Numbered from the stretch's first letter, positions 1 to 10,157 are shown. The stretch is DNA of 64,000 bases from Gemmatimonadota bacterium (GCA_039586365.1 JBDHKN010000010.1:1-64000); one strand, 5' to 3'. Translations and numbers: made by a program. The notes: generated by a model from the sequence alone, not told the origin.

Positions 1-1
1 G

Positions 2-193
2 TCAATAGTAGCCGCCGACGCTCGACGGCAATACAAGGTTCGCAAGCTCGGTGAGCCACCTGGGATCGTGGAACGCTGGTACGCGATTTCGGTGGAACGG
101 AGGGTCCAACATCCGGCGGGACTTCGGCAAATGCAGCTACCCGCGCGGCGGCCGGTGAGACTCCGGCTTCGTCGTAGCAGCGAGCATGGTTAG
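2..193 (+). CDS. C-terminal end of a LysR-family regulator, NhaR-like (partial, begins before the window)
   Basis: Manual translation of frame 2 gives ...RQYKVRKLGEPPGIVERWYAISVERRVQHPA..., resembling the NhaR C-terminal YAISVERR.KHPA motif. TAG stop at 191-193. Confidence 0.6.
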   Translation, partial: SIVAADARRQYKVRKLGEPPGIVERWYAISVERRVQHPAGLRQMQLPARRPVRLRLRRSSEHG

Positions 194-204
194 GTAATTG
201 CCGC
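191..204 (+). promoter_or_regulatory. TASGTA-N4-CCRY motif copy (TAGGTAATTGCCGC), with a weaker copy TGGGTAATTACTGA at 214-227
   Basis: Matches the motif repeated in other promoter regions of the window; lies upstream of the kinase at 559. Confidence 0.45.
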
Positions 205-558
205 AATGTGACGTGGGTAATTACTGACTTCCCTGACGAACTCTTTGCGTCTTACGATAGGTGACGCATCGCCCTATCAGACCGTTCGGATGTGGCGTGT
301 CGGTGGGGAGTTGTCTGCAAGTATACGAGAAACGGCATGTACACGTCCGCACGACAAAGGATGTGCTTGCGATGCCTCACCAGTTGAGCGCCGAGCGCAC
401 GGGCTACGATTTACGTCGATTATACGACATTGTCGCCAGCGGCCGGGCTCTTCGTCTTGGTGATACCCATGCCCGTCAGCATGCGAGACGTGGCGGTAGA
501 GTACGCTGCTGGCGAGAATGCCTCCGTCTAGTGTTCAAATTGTGAGAGGGGATTGGGT

Positions 559-2265
559 ATGCACTTCCCCTGGCAAGCCAGCACGGCAGAGGAACAGGGT
601 TCGAACCGCTGGCTCCGCTGGCGCTTCATAACCGCGCTTCTGCTGGTGTCTGCGGTACCCTTCGTCGTAGTTGGGAGCGGAGCTTGGATAGTGTTTCGAC
701 GGCTGGCGATCGAGCAGACTCTGACGGCAAACCGTACCATGGCACGGGCGCACGCGGCTGCGATCGACATGTATCTGACCGAGAAGCTCCGCACTCTCGA
801 GATGGTCGCCAGCACCAACTCCTTGGTACAGCTCACCGCCGCGGACAAGCTGGGAGAGGTATTCGCCGCGGCGGCAGCAGTACATCAGAGTTCTTTTGTG
901 GACATTGGTGTCATCGACGAGCAAGGACGGCATTTGGCTTATGTCGGGCCTTTCGATTTGAAGAGCAGAATCTACAGGGACGCCGAATGGTTTCACACGG
1001 TGATGGCCGAAGGGTTTCTCGTGAGCGACGTGTTCTTAGGCTACCGCCAGATTCCCCACAGCGTGATCGCTGTGCGGCGACAAGCTCCCACCGGCTGGTG
1101 GATACTCCGAGCCACCATCGATAATCGGAGTCTCTATGAGTTAGTGAGATCGCTCGAAGTGGGAACCGCGGGTGACGTATTCATCGTCAATCAACAAGGA
1201 TTGTATCAGACGCCGCCCAAGGTTGGAGACGTCCTCGATCAATCACCCATTGTGAATCCAACTATACACCATGGGGTCAACGATCAGAGGCTCGTGAGTC
1301 CGACCGGCAACATACGCCAAGTCACTACCTGGCTCAACCACAGCGGTTGGTTGCTGGTGGTGCAGCAGCCGGAAAGTGAGATCCTGGCACCTGTGAATCG
1401 GGCCGCAGCCATTGGCGCGCTCTTAGCTGCAATCGCGCTGGCGTTGGTGGTTGTGGCCACCATTCTCGTTACGTCTCATTTGACTCGGCAGGTAGAGTTT
1501 GCCAACCAACAACGCGATGTCATGTATGCTGACCTGATCCGCTCGGCCAAGCTGGCATCGCTGGGTGAGTTGGCAACAGGCCTGGCCCACGAGATCAACA
1601 ACCCGCTCGCCACCATCAGTGCAGAGCAGACCAACCTCGGAGATGTAATTGGCAAAACTGAATTAGCGCCCAATACCCGCGCGTCGTTGGAGAATTCCAT
1701 CGAGCGTTGCAAGCGCCAGGTCGAGCGCTGCGGCAATATCACTGCAAAGATGCTCCAATTCGGACGTAAGACTGATACCGCACTAGCCGCTACACCCTTG
1801 GAACCGGTGCTTACGGAGATCGCAATGCTTTTGGAGCGTCGTGTGAGGACCCATAACGCGGCTCTGAACCTCGAGATCGAACCCGGACTACCAGCCGCGT
1901 GGCTCGACGCCAACGAACTCGAGCAAGTGCTTGTCAATTTGGTCAACAATGCAATCGATGCACTGAACGGAGGAGGACTTATCACCATGTCGGCAACGCG
2001 AGATGGGAACCAGATTCTCCTCCGAGTAAGCGATGATGGTAACGGCGTTGCTCCGACCGATCTCGATCGAATCTTCCAACCATTCTTTACTACCAAACCA
2101 GTCGGTCGAGGTACTGGCCTCGGTCTTTCCGTGGTATACGGAATCGTGCGCGGCTGGGGCGGGACAATCCACGCTGACAGCGCTGTTGGCCAAGGCACTA
2201 CCATTTCCATTCGTATACCTCTGACAGGCGAAGCGAGGCAGACGCCGCCTGCGGTCAGAACATGA
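559..2265 (+). CDS. Membrane sensor histidine kinase (two TM, Cache-like periplasmic domain, HisKA, HATPase)
   Basis: H-box LAHEINNPL, N-box LVNLVNNAIDA, FQPFFTTK, GTGLGL. Two hydrophobic helices flank the sensor domain. ATG at 559 follows GAGAGGGG. Confidence 0.93.
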   Translation: MHFPWQASTAEEQGSNRWLRWRFITALLLVSAVPFVVVGSGAWIVFRRLAIEQTLTANRTMARAHAAAIDMYLTEKLRTLEMVASTNSLVQLTAADKLGEVFAAAAAVHQSSFVDIGVIDEQGRHLAYVGPFDLKSRIYRDAEWFHTVMAEGFLVSDVFLGYRQIPHSVIAVRRQAPTGWWILRATIDNRSLYELVRSLEVGTAGDVFIVNQQGLYQTPPKVGDVLDQSPIVNPTIHHGVNDQRLVSPTGNIRQVTTWLNHSGWLLVVQQPESEILAPVNRAAAIGALLAAIALALVVVATILVTSHLTRQVEFANQQRDVMYADLIRSAKLASLGELATGLAHEINNPLATISAEQTNLGDVIGKTELAPNTRASLENSIERCKRQVERCGNITAKMLQFGRKTDTALAATPLEPVLTEIAMLLERRVRTHNAALNLEIEPGLPAAWLDANELEQVLVNLVNNAIDALNGGGLITMSATRDGNQILLRVSDDGNGVAPTDLDRIFQPFFTTKPVGRGTGLGLSVVYGIVRGWGGTIHADSAVGQGTTISIRIPLTGEARQTPPAVRT

Positions 2266-2308
2266 GTGAAATCGAGAAACGTTGTCCGTTGACGGAGGGC
2301 GACATGCA

Positions 2309-3148
2309 ATGACCGGATCTGACCAATTGACCAGAGTCTTGCTCGTGGACGATGAGGTCGAATTCCTCCGAGCCATCGAGCCCGGTCTTGCCCGCCGCGG
2401 TTTTCACGTGACCTCGGCCGAGAGCGGGCAGGCAGCCTTACAACTTCTTTCGTCGGAAACGTTCGATGTCATCGTTCTCGACGTGAAGATGCCCGGTCTC
2501 GACGGTGTCGATACGTTCAGGGAGATCAAACGGACCGCACCCACGCTACCTGTAATCCTCCTGACCGGTCATGGAAACATCGAACAGGCTTTCGAGACCT
2601 CCAGGGAGGGTGTCTACGAGTATCTCACCAAGCCGTGTGATGTGGCAAGGCTCGCGAATGTAGCGCGACTGGCGGTGCGGAAGACCAGGGATTCGAAGGC
2701 TACATCGGCAACGCTCCCTGATGAGATCCGCCTCCTCTTGGTGGACAATGACAGCGACTTCGTGGACTCCATTGCACCTGCACTGGAAAGACGGGGAGTC
2801 ATCGTTTCCAGGGCACGCAACGGGAATGAAGCCGTCGAGCAGGCCCGCCAGATGGCGTTTGCTGTGGCACTTGTCGACGTACGCATGCCTGACATAGATG
2901 GTCTTACGTTGCTTCGGCGACTGCGAAAGATAGATCCACTATTAGAAGCCATCATTCTCACGGGCCATCCCAGCGTGCCCGATGTGCGCCGTGGCGTCAG
3001 GGAGGGCGCGTTTGACTATCTCACCAAACCTCAGCGAGTGGAGGACCTTCTCGACCGAATCCGCGCGGCAGCGCAGCGGCACGAACAACGCAAAGAAGAA
3101 AGGCGACAGAAAGAGGTGGAAGGGATCTTGTCAAATCACCCCGACTGA
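2309..3148 (+). CDS. Tandem receiver-domain response regulator (REC-REC, no output domain)
   Basis: Two REC repeats: VLLVDDE..DVKMP..LTGHG..TKP and LLLVDND..DVRMP..LTGHP..TKP. GGAGG lies upstream of ATG 2309. Confidence 0.9.
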   Translation: MTGSDQLTRVLLVDDEVEFLRAIEPGLARRGFHVTSAESGQAALQLLSSETFDVIVLDVKMPGLDGVDTFREIKRTAPTLPVILLTGHGNIEQAFETSREGVYEYLTKPCDVARLANVARLAVRKTRDSKATSATLPDEIRLLLVDNDSDFVDSIAPALERRGVIVSRARNGNEAVEQARQMAFAVALVDVRMPDIDGLTLLRRLRKIDPLLEAIILTGHPSVPDVRRGVREGAFDYLTKPQRVEDLLDRIRAAAQRHEQRKEERRQKEVEGILSNHPD

Positions 3149-3189
3149 GCACTAAGTCGTACGTGAGAACAGCGTGTCTGGCGCGACCG

Positions 3190-3225
3190 GGCCGCGAGTC
3201 AGGACTCCTAAGTCCTTAACCGGCC
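3190..3225. terminator. Possible stem-loop between convergent genes
   Basis: AGGACT-ccta-AGTCCT (3201-3216) flanked by GGCCG/CGGCC; no strong U-tract. Confidence 0.3.
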
Positions 3226-3273
3226 TGCTTATGCCGGCTTCTCCTCCCAGCGTGGGTTTGGGTGACCAACCAC

Positions 3274-3762
3274 TTACCGCTGACCGTCGTCCAGCTCGCG
3301 CAGCTTGCGCAGGATTCCGAGCGGGCTCTCTCCCATCCCGGCGGACACGATTCTGTCTATCTTCTCCTCGTCGGCTGCGAACTTCTTCTTGAGGCGGGCC
3401 TCGTAGGCTTCTTTGAGCGTCTCAATGAGCTTTTCCAGCTCGTACGGTTTGGGTAGGTAGCTGAACGCTCCGAGCTTGGTGAGTTGCACTGCGCTCTCAA
3501 GAGAACCATGACCAGTAAGGATAATGGCTTCGAGAAATCTGTGCTTGTCCTTTAATACCCTCAAAACCTCGCTGCCATCCATGCCGGGCATCTTGAGGTC
3601 GAGCAGTGCAATGTCGAATTGCTCACGTTCAGCAAGTTCAATGGCGTCAGCGCCACTTGTCGCAGTCTTCACACCAAAGCCGCGCTTTCTGAGACGGGTG
3701 GCGATGGCATTTAGAAAGCGGCTCTCGTCATCAACGATGAGCAGCTTTATTTGCTGTTCCAT
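3274..3762 (-). CDS. Single-domain response regulator (REC plus short C-terminal helix)
   Basis: LLIVDDE, LLDLKMP, ILTGHG and PKP motifs. Confidence 0.9.
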   Translation of the reverse strand: MEQQIKLLIVDDESRFLNAIATRLRKRGFGVKTATSGADAIELAEREQFDIALLDLKMPGMDGSEVLRVLKDKHRFLEAIILTGHGSLESAVQLTKLGAFSYLPKPYELEKLIETLKEAYEARLKKKFAADEEKIDRIVSAGMGESPLGILRKLRELDDGQR

Positions 3763-3782
3763 TGTGCTCTCCTTGCCTCAAC

Positions 3783-5840
3783 TCATGTTCCCGGGAATCC
3801 CAGCCAGCTCCAATAGCCGAGAACGACCCATACCCACAAGACTGCAAAGCTGAGGCATAACACAGCGGCTCCGTGTTTGAAAAAGTCTCCCAGCGTAACG
3901 AGCTGCTCTCCGGTGTTGGGGTCCTTGGCCATGGCGAATGCCAGAGCATTGGAAGGCGTGCCGATGATTAGCATGTGAGCGAAGGATGAGGCAAACGCGG
4001 TGGCCAGGCCGATCATCCATGGATGGGCTCCGGCAATGCTAGCCATGGGCACTGTGATTGGGCCGACTGCAGCTACGGTGGCACCGTCACTCAAGAAGTT
4101 GGTGGCCAATCCCGTGGCAAGGCTCGCTGCGACTGCGAGGCCAGAGCCGCTCGTCATGAAGTCAGGTAGCACGTTGACGAAGCCGTTGGCCAAGTAGAGG
4201 GCGCCCCCAGTTTCAGCCAGTGCCTTGCCAATTGCGCTAGCTGCCGCATAGAGCAATACGACCTCCCAGTGTATACTCGCCATGTCCTTCCATGCCAACA
4301 CGCGAAATACATTGAGGAGTACCAGACCCAAGATGACTGGCCCTCCGAGTCCAAGCCACTCACTGGCCGTGATCCAGAGTAGAATAACCAGGGCTAGAAC
4401 CGTGGCGGTGATATGCTCGTTGCGAGTCATGGGCCCGATCTTGTCCGCTGCACGCCGGACTAACGCAGACACATCGAGCGTCTTGATCACGGTCTGACGG
4501 CGCACAACCAGAAGGAAGTACAACCCGACCATGAACGACATCACCGGAACCATCGGTAGCCCATACTTCACCCACTGTCCGAAAGTGGGGGCCATTCCGT
4601 AGTCGGCCAATATTCCTATCATGATGGCGTTGCGCCCACCCGCCGCCGGCGAACCTGGTCCCCCGGAATTCGCCGCGAAACAGAGTGATAGTGCAAAGAT
4701 TACCATCAACGCCCTGTCTTTCTTCAAGCCCGCGGTGCTCATAGCACTCGCGTACACCATAACGAATAAGGGCATGGTAAACGCCACCATAGCGTGTTCT
4801 GAGACGAAGGAGCATGCCACCGAGAACAGCGGCAAGAACACCAGTAGCAGCAGGGTGAGGCTCTTGGCCGGAGCCAGAAGCAGTAGCCCGAGGCGTCTGT
4901 CGAAACCGGTTTTGGTGATCGCCTTGCCGAGAGCGAGAACACCGAAGATGAAGATCACGGCGTCTTTGGCAAAGGCCTGCGCAATGTCGTCCGGCTTGAA
5001 AATGCCGAAGAGATAGAGCACTGCGCCGACAAACATGGCGGTCACCGCCACTGGAATACCGCCGGTGGCCCAAAACAGTGCCGCCACGAAGATCAAGGCA
5101 AGCATCGCCTTGGCGCGAAACGCCACTTGGTCCACGGTCAGGGGAACCTTCGCCTCAGCGCCGTCGGCTGCCGTTGCGTTCCTCTCCAATTTGTACTTTC
5201 TGCTGTAGTAGCTGGCGATCGACTGTCCTGGTTCCATCTGTCGATATGCGGAGTACCCGACGATCTCGTCGGGCCTTGACCTGGCAGATTCTGGTTCGCT
5301 CTTCACAAGACTGACCAGGTGCACGAGTGACGCTGGGTTGGGGGACAAAACGATGCAGGCAAAGATGGTTAGTCCCAAGATGATGAACAGCGGGCGCGAG
5401 TTGTGGCTGCCAATGAGCCACCTGCCGAGCGACCGTTCTGCTACATGAGGGATCTCGTGCCGAGCCTTGGCGTGTACGACTTCATCCTTGGCCTCCTCTA
5501 ATACGGTAGCCAGTTCTTCTACTTCGCAGGGCTTCTGCACGTACTTAAACGCGTCGAGCCGACCAGCATCCTTGGCCGACTCCAGACTTCCATGACCTGT
5601 GAGCATGATTGCCTGGATGGCGGGACGAAACGTCTTCAGTTCCCGCAGCGTCTGGATGCCGTCCATATTCGGCATCTTCAGATCAATGACGGCAATCTCT
5701 ATCGCATCGTCTTGCCTCACTGCCTTCACAGCATCTTCGCCATTATCGACGTCAACTACATCGAAGCCACGCTTGCGCAGTCGCCTAGCTAACGGCGTGC
5801 GGAATTTGTGCTCGTCGTCGACAAGTATCACCTTTGACAT
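3783..5840 (-). CDS. Receiver domain fused to an SLC13/DASS-family anion permease
   Basis: N-terminal REC (ILVDDE, IDLKMP, LTGHG, QKP) followed by many TM helices with DASS-like motifs (FWATGGIP.AVTA, GG.GSP..GGRNAI, IIGTPSNAL). Confidence 0.88.
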   Translation of the reverse strand: MSKVILVDDEHKFRTPLARRLRKRGFDVVDVDNGEDAVKAVRQDDAIEIAVIDLKMPNMDGIQTLRELKTFRPAIQAIMLTGHGSLESAKDAGRLDAFKYVQKPCEVEELATVLEEAKDEVVHAKARHEIPHVAERSLGRWLIGSHNSRPLFIILGLTIFACIVLSPNPASLVHLVSLVKSEPESARSRPDEIVGYSAYRQMEPGQSIASYYSRKYKLERNATAADGAEAKVPLTVDQVAFRAKAMLALIFVAALFWATGGIPVAVTAMFVGAVLYLFGIFKPDDIAQAFAKDAVIFIFGVLALGKAITKTGFDRRLGLLLLAPAKSLTLLLLVFLPLFSVACSFVSEHAMVAFTMPLFVMVYASAMSTAGLKKDRALMVIFALSLCFAANSGGPGSPAAGGRNAIMIGILADYGMAPTFGQWVKYGLPMVPVMSFMVGLYFLLVVRRQTVIKTLDVSALVRRAADKIGPMTRNEHITATVLALVILLWITASEWLGLGGPVILGLVLLNVFRVLAWKDMASIHWEVVLLYAAASAIGKALAETGGALYLANGFVNVLPDFMTSGSGLAVAASLATGLATNFLSDGATVAAVGPITVPMASIAGAHPWMIGLATAFASSFAHMLIIGTPSNALAFAMAKDPNTGEQLVTLGDFFKHGAAVLCLSFAVLWVWVVLGYWSWLGFPGT

Positions 5841-5849
5841 GTTCGTTCC

Positions 5850-6410
5850 CTATTGCGCATTACCGGAACAGTCGTTTTGCACTATTTGTTTGGCGAGTTC
5901 GTCAAAGAGATCGCTAAGGCGCAGTATCCCCACGGTCTGTCTATCCCGCTGCACCAACAGTGAAAGCGTCTGGTGAGCCAGGAACGCACCGATTGCGTCG
6001 GCGAGAGTCGCCTCCTCGGCGATTCCCACTGTTGTTGGCGTGTAGACGTCGCGCACAGCAACGTTGCGGGCACGCACGCAAACATCCACAAAGTCGGCGG
6101 TGAAAAGATCCAGCGTATGCATAGATGACTCTAAGAGGTTGTCATCGACACCCGCGCGACTCAGGAATTCCCTTTCGATCATCGACTTGCGTTCGGGAAT
6201 CAACGCACGCAAGAAGGCAAAGTGGTGGAGCTTACCCACGATGACTCCCTGGAGATTCTGCACAAGAACTGCTCGATGCGGTTGGCGATCAGCGAGAACA
6301 AACACTTGCGATTCCTTGAGGGCCTTGAGTGCGTCGAGGATGGTTGCGTCCTCATCGACGACAGCGTACTCCGATAACGACAGCATGAGGTCTTTGACTT
6401 GCTTAGCCAT
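5850..6410 (-). CDS. CBS-domain protein
   Basis: Tandem CBS pattern VKDLM..YAVVDEDATILDAL and VRDVY..IAEEATLADAI..VGILRLSDLF. Confidence 0.85.
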   Translation of the reverse strand: MAKQVKDLMLSLSEYAVVDEDATILDALKALKESQVFVLADRQPHRAVLVQNLQGVIVGKLHHFAFLRALIPERKSMIEREFLSRAGVDDNLLESSMHTLDLFTADFVDVCVRARNVAVRDVYTPTTVGIAEEATLADAIGAFLAHQTLSLLVQRDRQTVGILRLSDLFDELAKQIVQNDCSGNAQ

Positions 6411-6437
6411 AGCCAGATCCTCTCGAATTCAGCCGCA

Positions 6438-8144
6438 TCACTCTATCTCGTAGGGTAACTCGACGGTGAACGTGCTTCCTCTGCCAGGTTTGCTGTCCAC
6501 GTAGCAAATGCCTCCAACACTCTTGATGATCGAGTAGCTGACGCTGAGCCCGAGACCCGTACCCTCGCCTGGCTCCTTTGTGGTGAAGAAAGGCATGAAT
6601 ACCCTTTCGAGCTGCTCGGCAGTCATCCCGCAACCTGTGTCCGTCACCGAGATACTCGCGCGGGAATCGCGATGCTCCGTCGCCACCTTGAGAATCCCAC
6701 CTTCGGGCATGGCATCCAACGCGTTCTTGATGAGATTGACGAACACCTGGACCAGTTGATTCCGGTCCGTGAGGATCTCCGGAATTCTGTCGTCGTACTC
6801 CCGTACGACTTCGACGTTTGAGATCGACAACTCGTTACCCAGGATCCCAACCAGCACTGCGTCCAGTATCTCGTGTATATGATGCGACTCAACCCTTACC
6901 TCGGTCTGCCGCACGAATGTCAGGAGCTTCCGGGTTATGTCGCGGCATCTAAAGACCGCGTCGTGCACGATATTCAAGTGTTCCTCTAGATCGAGCGACT
7001 CGTCATCCTCGTCGGCTAGCGCCGGGTCCAGCGAATCCTTCAAGACGCCAACCTCTTCCGCGATGATAGCCAGAGGATTGTTGATTTCATGGGCGATCCC
7101 AGCAGCGAGTTCGCCTACCGAAGCCAGCTTGGCGGCATGAACAAGGTGTCCGGACAACTCGGCCTGGTGTTGTTCCACCGCGATCTGCTTGCTGACGACC
7201 TGCCGGGCGCGAACGAGAATGACAACGCCCGTGAGAACGAAGAACGCCACTATTGCCGAAGACACACTGCCGGGAAGGCCGACGAGGTCATTGTCGCTTG
7301 GATCCCGAGCATCAGTGACTATGAGCGCCCACGGCGTTTCTTTCAGCCAGGCGTAGGCATAGTCCATTGCGGCACCGCTGCCATCGCCCGCGACAAAGCC
7401 GCGCGTTGGCTCGCCGGGAGGCTTAAACAGAGTCTCTTGGAGAGACTCGCCTGCCTGGGGCGTCGTGACCTGCAGGGCCCCGGCCCCGCTCACCACAGCC
7501 GCATGTACTTCGCTAGCCCCTCCAGCGTGGTCAGGTAGTTGGAGAGGCGCTCCGGGGACAGTGTGGATCGCAGGATTTGGATGGTGTCGTTCCGTCGCCG
7601 TCGAACCGCGATTGTGAAGTGCGGCCTGCCCCGGAACCCGAGATAGATCTCGGTAATGACCGATGGTCTCTCTGAGGACAGGAGTTCCCGAAACCAAACC
7701 TCGTCTTGATAGCTTATCCGACTGGGGAAGTTGACCGGTCCGACGTGACTCTCCAATTCACCCGCTTCGCTCACGACCCCAAGATCGACGAAGGCATCGC
7801 TGGTCTGTTGCAGCTCTCCCAGGAATCCGCGCAGCAGCGGCCCATCAACTCGGTCGGCAGCGAACAACGGGTCGTCTATGATGTTGGCCAGATTCACCAA
7901 GCGCTCCCGCAGGAACAGATCGAACGTGTTCGCCTGGTGCTCTGCGATTACGGCAAGGTGGGCGCGGAGACTCTCATGCATTAGGCGCTGGAACTGGACG
8001 TGGAAAAAAAACCGCCAGCAGCAGGAGGGGCATGAAATACAGCAGGATCATCCGGCCAAAAGTGTGCCAGAGGATTTCCCGGAAGTGGTGACCTCTTTCC
8101 AGGTTGGTTCGTCGGACAGAATCGGCCTGCTCGGCTCTTGCCAT
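6438..8144 (-). pseudogene. Cache-type sensor histidine kinase split by two homopolymer frameshifts (sequencing error or true pseudogene)
   Basis: Three pieces: N-terminal TM part from ATG 8144, middle Cache part (ORF 7490-7981) and C-terminal kinase (AHEINNPL, NLIKNALDA, GTGLGL). Removing one base from A8 at 8004-8011 and adding one to C4 at 7517-7520 gives a continuous protein of about 568 aa. Confidence 0.85.
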
Positions 8145-8168
8145 GGTGTTTCTTGGCTATACTACTCC

Positions 8169-8597
8169 TCAGTTGTATGCCACACGTACTGCTTCCGTAG
8201 CCATCAAACACTCAGCGTTTTCTAGCGTGGTCAGCGAGGACAACTGCGCATGGCAGAGCCGATACTTCTCCGGTATGGGGTGGGTGCCCACGACCACAGG
8301 TATCTGGTAACGGGATTCGATGAAGTCTTTGAAGTACTCCAACCACGGACACGCAGGGTACCCGACTACGAATCCTGTCGCGAGATGAATCGCTTCAGCT
8401 CCGTTGATCACCATCTCCTCCGGGACGTACTCGATATAGCTTCCGGGGCACCCTCCGCAGCTCGTGAAGCCAACGATCTCCAGCAGATCGTCCGAGGGGT
8501 AACGAGCGAAACCACCTGCTCGCTCTCGCAGCGCGCGGAAGCATTTTCCGCCAGCACAACTCCTATACCTATCGCAGATGATGATGCCGATCTTCAT
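8169..8597 (-). CDS. CGGC-domain putative metal-binding protein
   Basis: IGIIIC..C.GGKC, SCGGCPG, AIHLATG..CP and VVVGTH, typical of the CGGC family. Confidence 0.88.
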   Translation of the reverse strand: MKIGIIICDRYRSCAGGKCFRALRERAGGFARYPSDDLLEIVGFTSCGGCPGSYIEYVPEEMVINGAEAIHLATGFVVGYPACPWLEYFKDFIESRYQIPVVVGTHPIPEKYRLCHAQLSSLTTLENAECLMATEAVRVAYN

Positions 8598-8648
8598 CGC
8601 TCCCGGACAGCGTCAACTAAGAGCATCCTGCTCGCGTATAAAGGTGAT

Positions 8649-9572
8649 TCACGACTCCGTGGGCCTTATCACCAGTACCGGTACGTGTGCAGCCCGTACA
8701 ACCTTGTCGGCCACACTACCAAGGATGAACCGCGGCAACCGACCTCGCCCATGAGTGGTGATGACAATGAGATCCGCCTTCCGCTCCTCAGCCTTTCGGA
8801 GGATCCCCGTAGCCGCCGGTACATCCCTTTCCACCTCTGACGTCACACTCAGCCCCCTCTCCCTCAATCTGAACTCGATCCGGTGCAGATACTCCAGCGA
8901 TTCCGAATGGGCAATTGCGGCATAGTCATCCTCCTCTGTAGCAGAGCGCTCCAGATCGGACGACCAGATGGGGAACGACCGTGACGTCACTTGGATGAGA
9001 GTGCACATTGCACCTGAGGCACGCCCGATCCGCTGCGCCCACTCGAGACCCGCCTCGGCCTGCTCGGAACCGTCCAAGGCAATCATGAGGTTGCGAAACC
9101 GATGGGTGTCCTCGATCGCTACTTCGGTGTCTTCCTCAGGACGGACTAGCATCACAGGCACGGAAGTGTGACGGATCACCCAGTCCGCCACGCTTCCTAC
9201 CCACGCACGGCTCAAGGATCCCCGGCCATGAGTTGACATCACAATCAGCTCAGGATGCGATTTTCCTAGAAAGTCTACCAAGCCCTTAGCCGCGGTGCCG
9301 GGTACTACGGTGGTAAAGACGGGAACATCCGACCGATCAGCGATCTTCCTACCTAGGTTGTTAAGGTAGGCTACGGCAGCTCGATTGACGGGTTCAACCG
9401 CGTCGGGGGAGACCGTGGCTACGCGTCGATGCCGTGGCGCATGGTCCTCTGACGCAACAGAGATGAGCTTGATCTTGCCATCGAGACTCCGAGCTAGGCC
9501 GAGGGCGATTGGCAGCGCGAACTCACCGAAACTTGATCCATCCAACGGTGCCAAAATCGTAGGCTGTTTCAC
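8649..9572 (-). CDS. Tandem universal stress protein
   Basis: Two USP domains: ILAPLDGS..LIVMSTHGRG..GSVADWV and IALDGS..LIVITTHGRG..LGSVADKV. GTG 9572 follows GGAG. Confidence 0.92.
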   Translation of the reverse strand: MKQPTILAPLDGSSFGEFALPIALGLARSLDGKIKLISVASEDHAPRHRRVATVSPDAVEPVNRAAVAYLNNLGRKIADRSDVPVFTTVVPGTAAKGLVDFLGKSHPELIVMSTHGRGSLSRAWVGSVADWVIRHTSVPVMLVRPEEDTEVAIEDTHRFRNLMIALDGSEQAEAGLEWAQRIGRASGAMCTLIQVTSRSFPIWSSDLERSATEEDDYAAIAHSESLEYLHRIEFRLRERGLSVTSEVERDVPAATGILRKAEERKADLIVITTHGRGRLPRFILGSVADKVVRAAHVPVLVIRPTES

Positions 9573-9707
9573 TGCTGTCTTCTCCAGATACTCGGCTCGG
9601 CGCTTGCCACAGCAGGTGTCTCTGCAACAGTACGCGTTCTTTCCCTTGAGCCTCACGCCCCAATCACCCAGCCGTACAATCCTGTGCGGTGACCGGACGG
9701 CGCTGAG

Positions 9708-10157
9708 CTACTTGGCCTTGACGGCGATCAGGTTCGTGACACCACGCACTCCTCCTAACTGACGCAAATCCTTCTCGACAGACATCCTGTGAGACGGCAA
9801 CTCGACCTCACCCTCAAGGGTCGCCCATCCTGCTTCCACCAGCACCACTACCGTCCCTTCCAGCACGGGAGTTTGGCTTCGGAGATAGCGAGCGATGGCT
9901 CGCGCGATGTCAGTGTCGTGACCCGGAGTTGGGCCAGCGCATCGCACTCCCAGCTCCTCAGCGATCGCGAGCACTCCGCTAACGCGCTTCACAGCCGCCT
10001 CCGCCACCCGCTTCTTTTCACCGCTGTCTACCCAACCGCACAGAGTGACAACACCATCGCTTACCAGCAGACCGATTTTCTGCCCAATGAGGCCTGGTTC
10101 CCAGTCCAGTTCAGCTTGAGCCAGGCGATGTAGCTGCGCGTCACTGACTTTTACCAC
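9708..10157 (-). CDS. BON-domain (OsmY-like) protein
   Basis: Two BON repeats: GVVTLCGWV..AE.AVKRVSGV and GWATLEGEV..GVRGVTNLI. Confidence 0.85.
   Translation of the reverse strand: MVKVSDAQLHRLAQAELDWEPGLIGQKIGLLVSDGVVTLCGWVDSGEKKRVAEAAVKRVSGVLAIAEELGVRCAGPTPGHDTDIARAIARYLRSQTPVLEGTVVVLVEAGWATLEGEVELPSHRMSVEKDLRQLGGVRGVTNLIAVKAK

Noticed and set aside
245..545. Short ORFs upstream of the first kinase
   Set aside because: No recognisable motifs or convincing RBS; more likely promoter or leader DNA.
7520..7697. N-terminus of the 419-aa kinase ORF as given in the track
   Set aside because: It is out-of-frame sequence caused by the frameshift; the real protein continues in the 7490-7981 frame.
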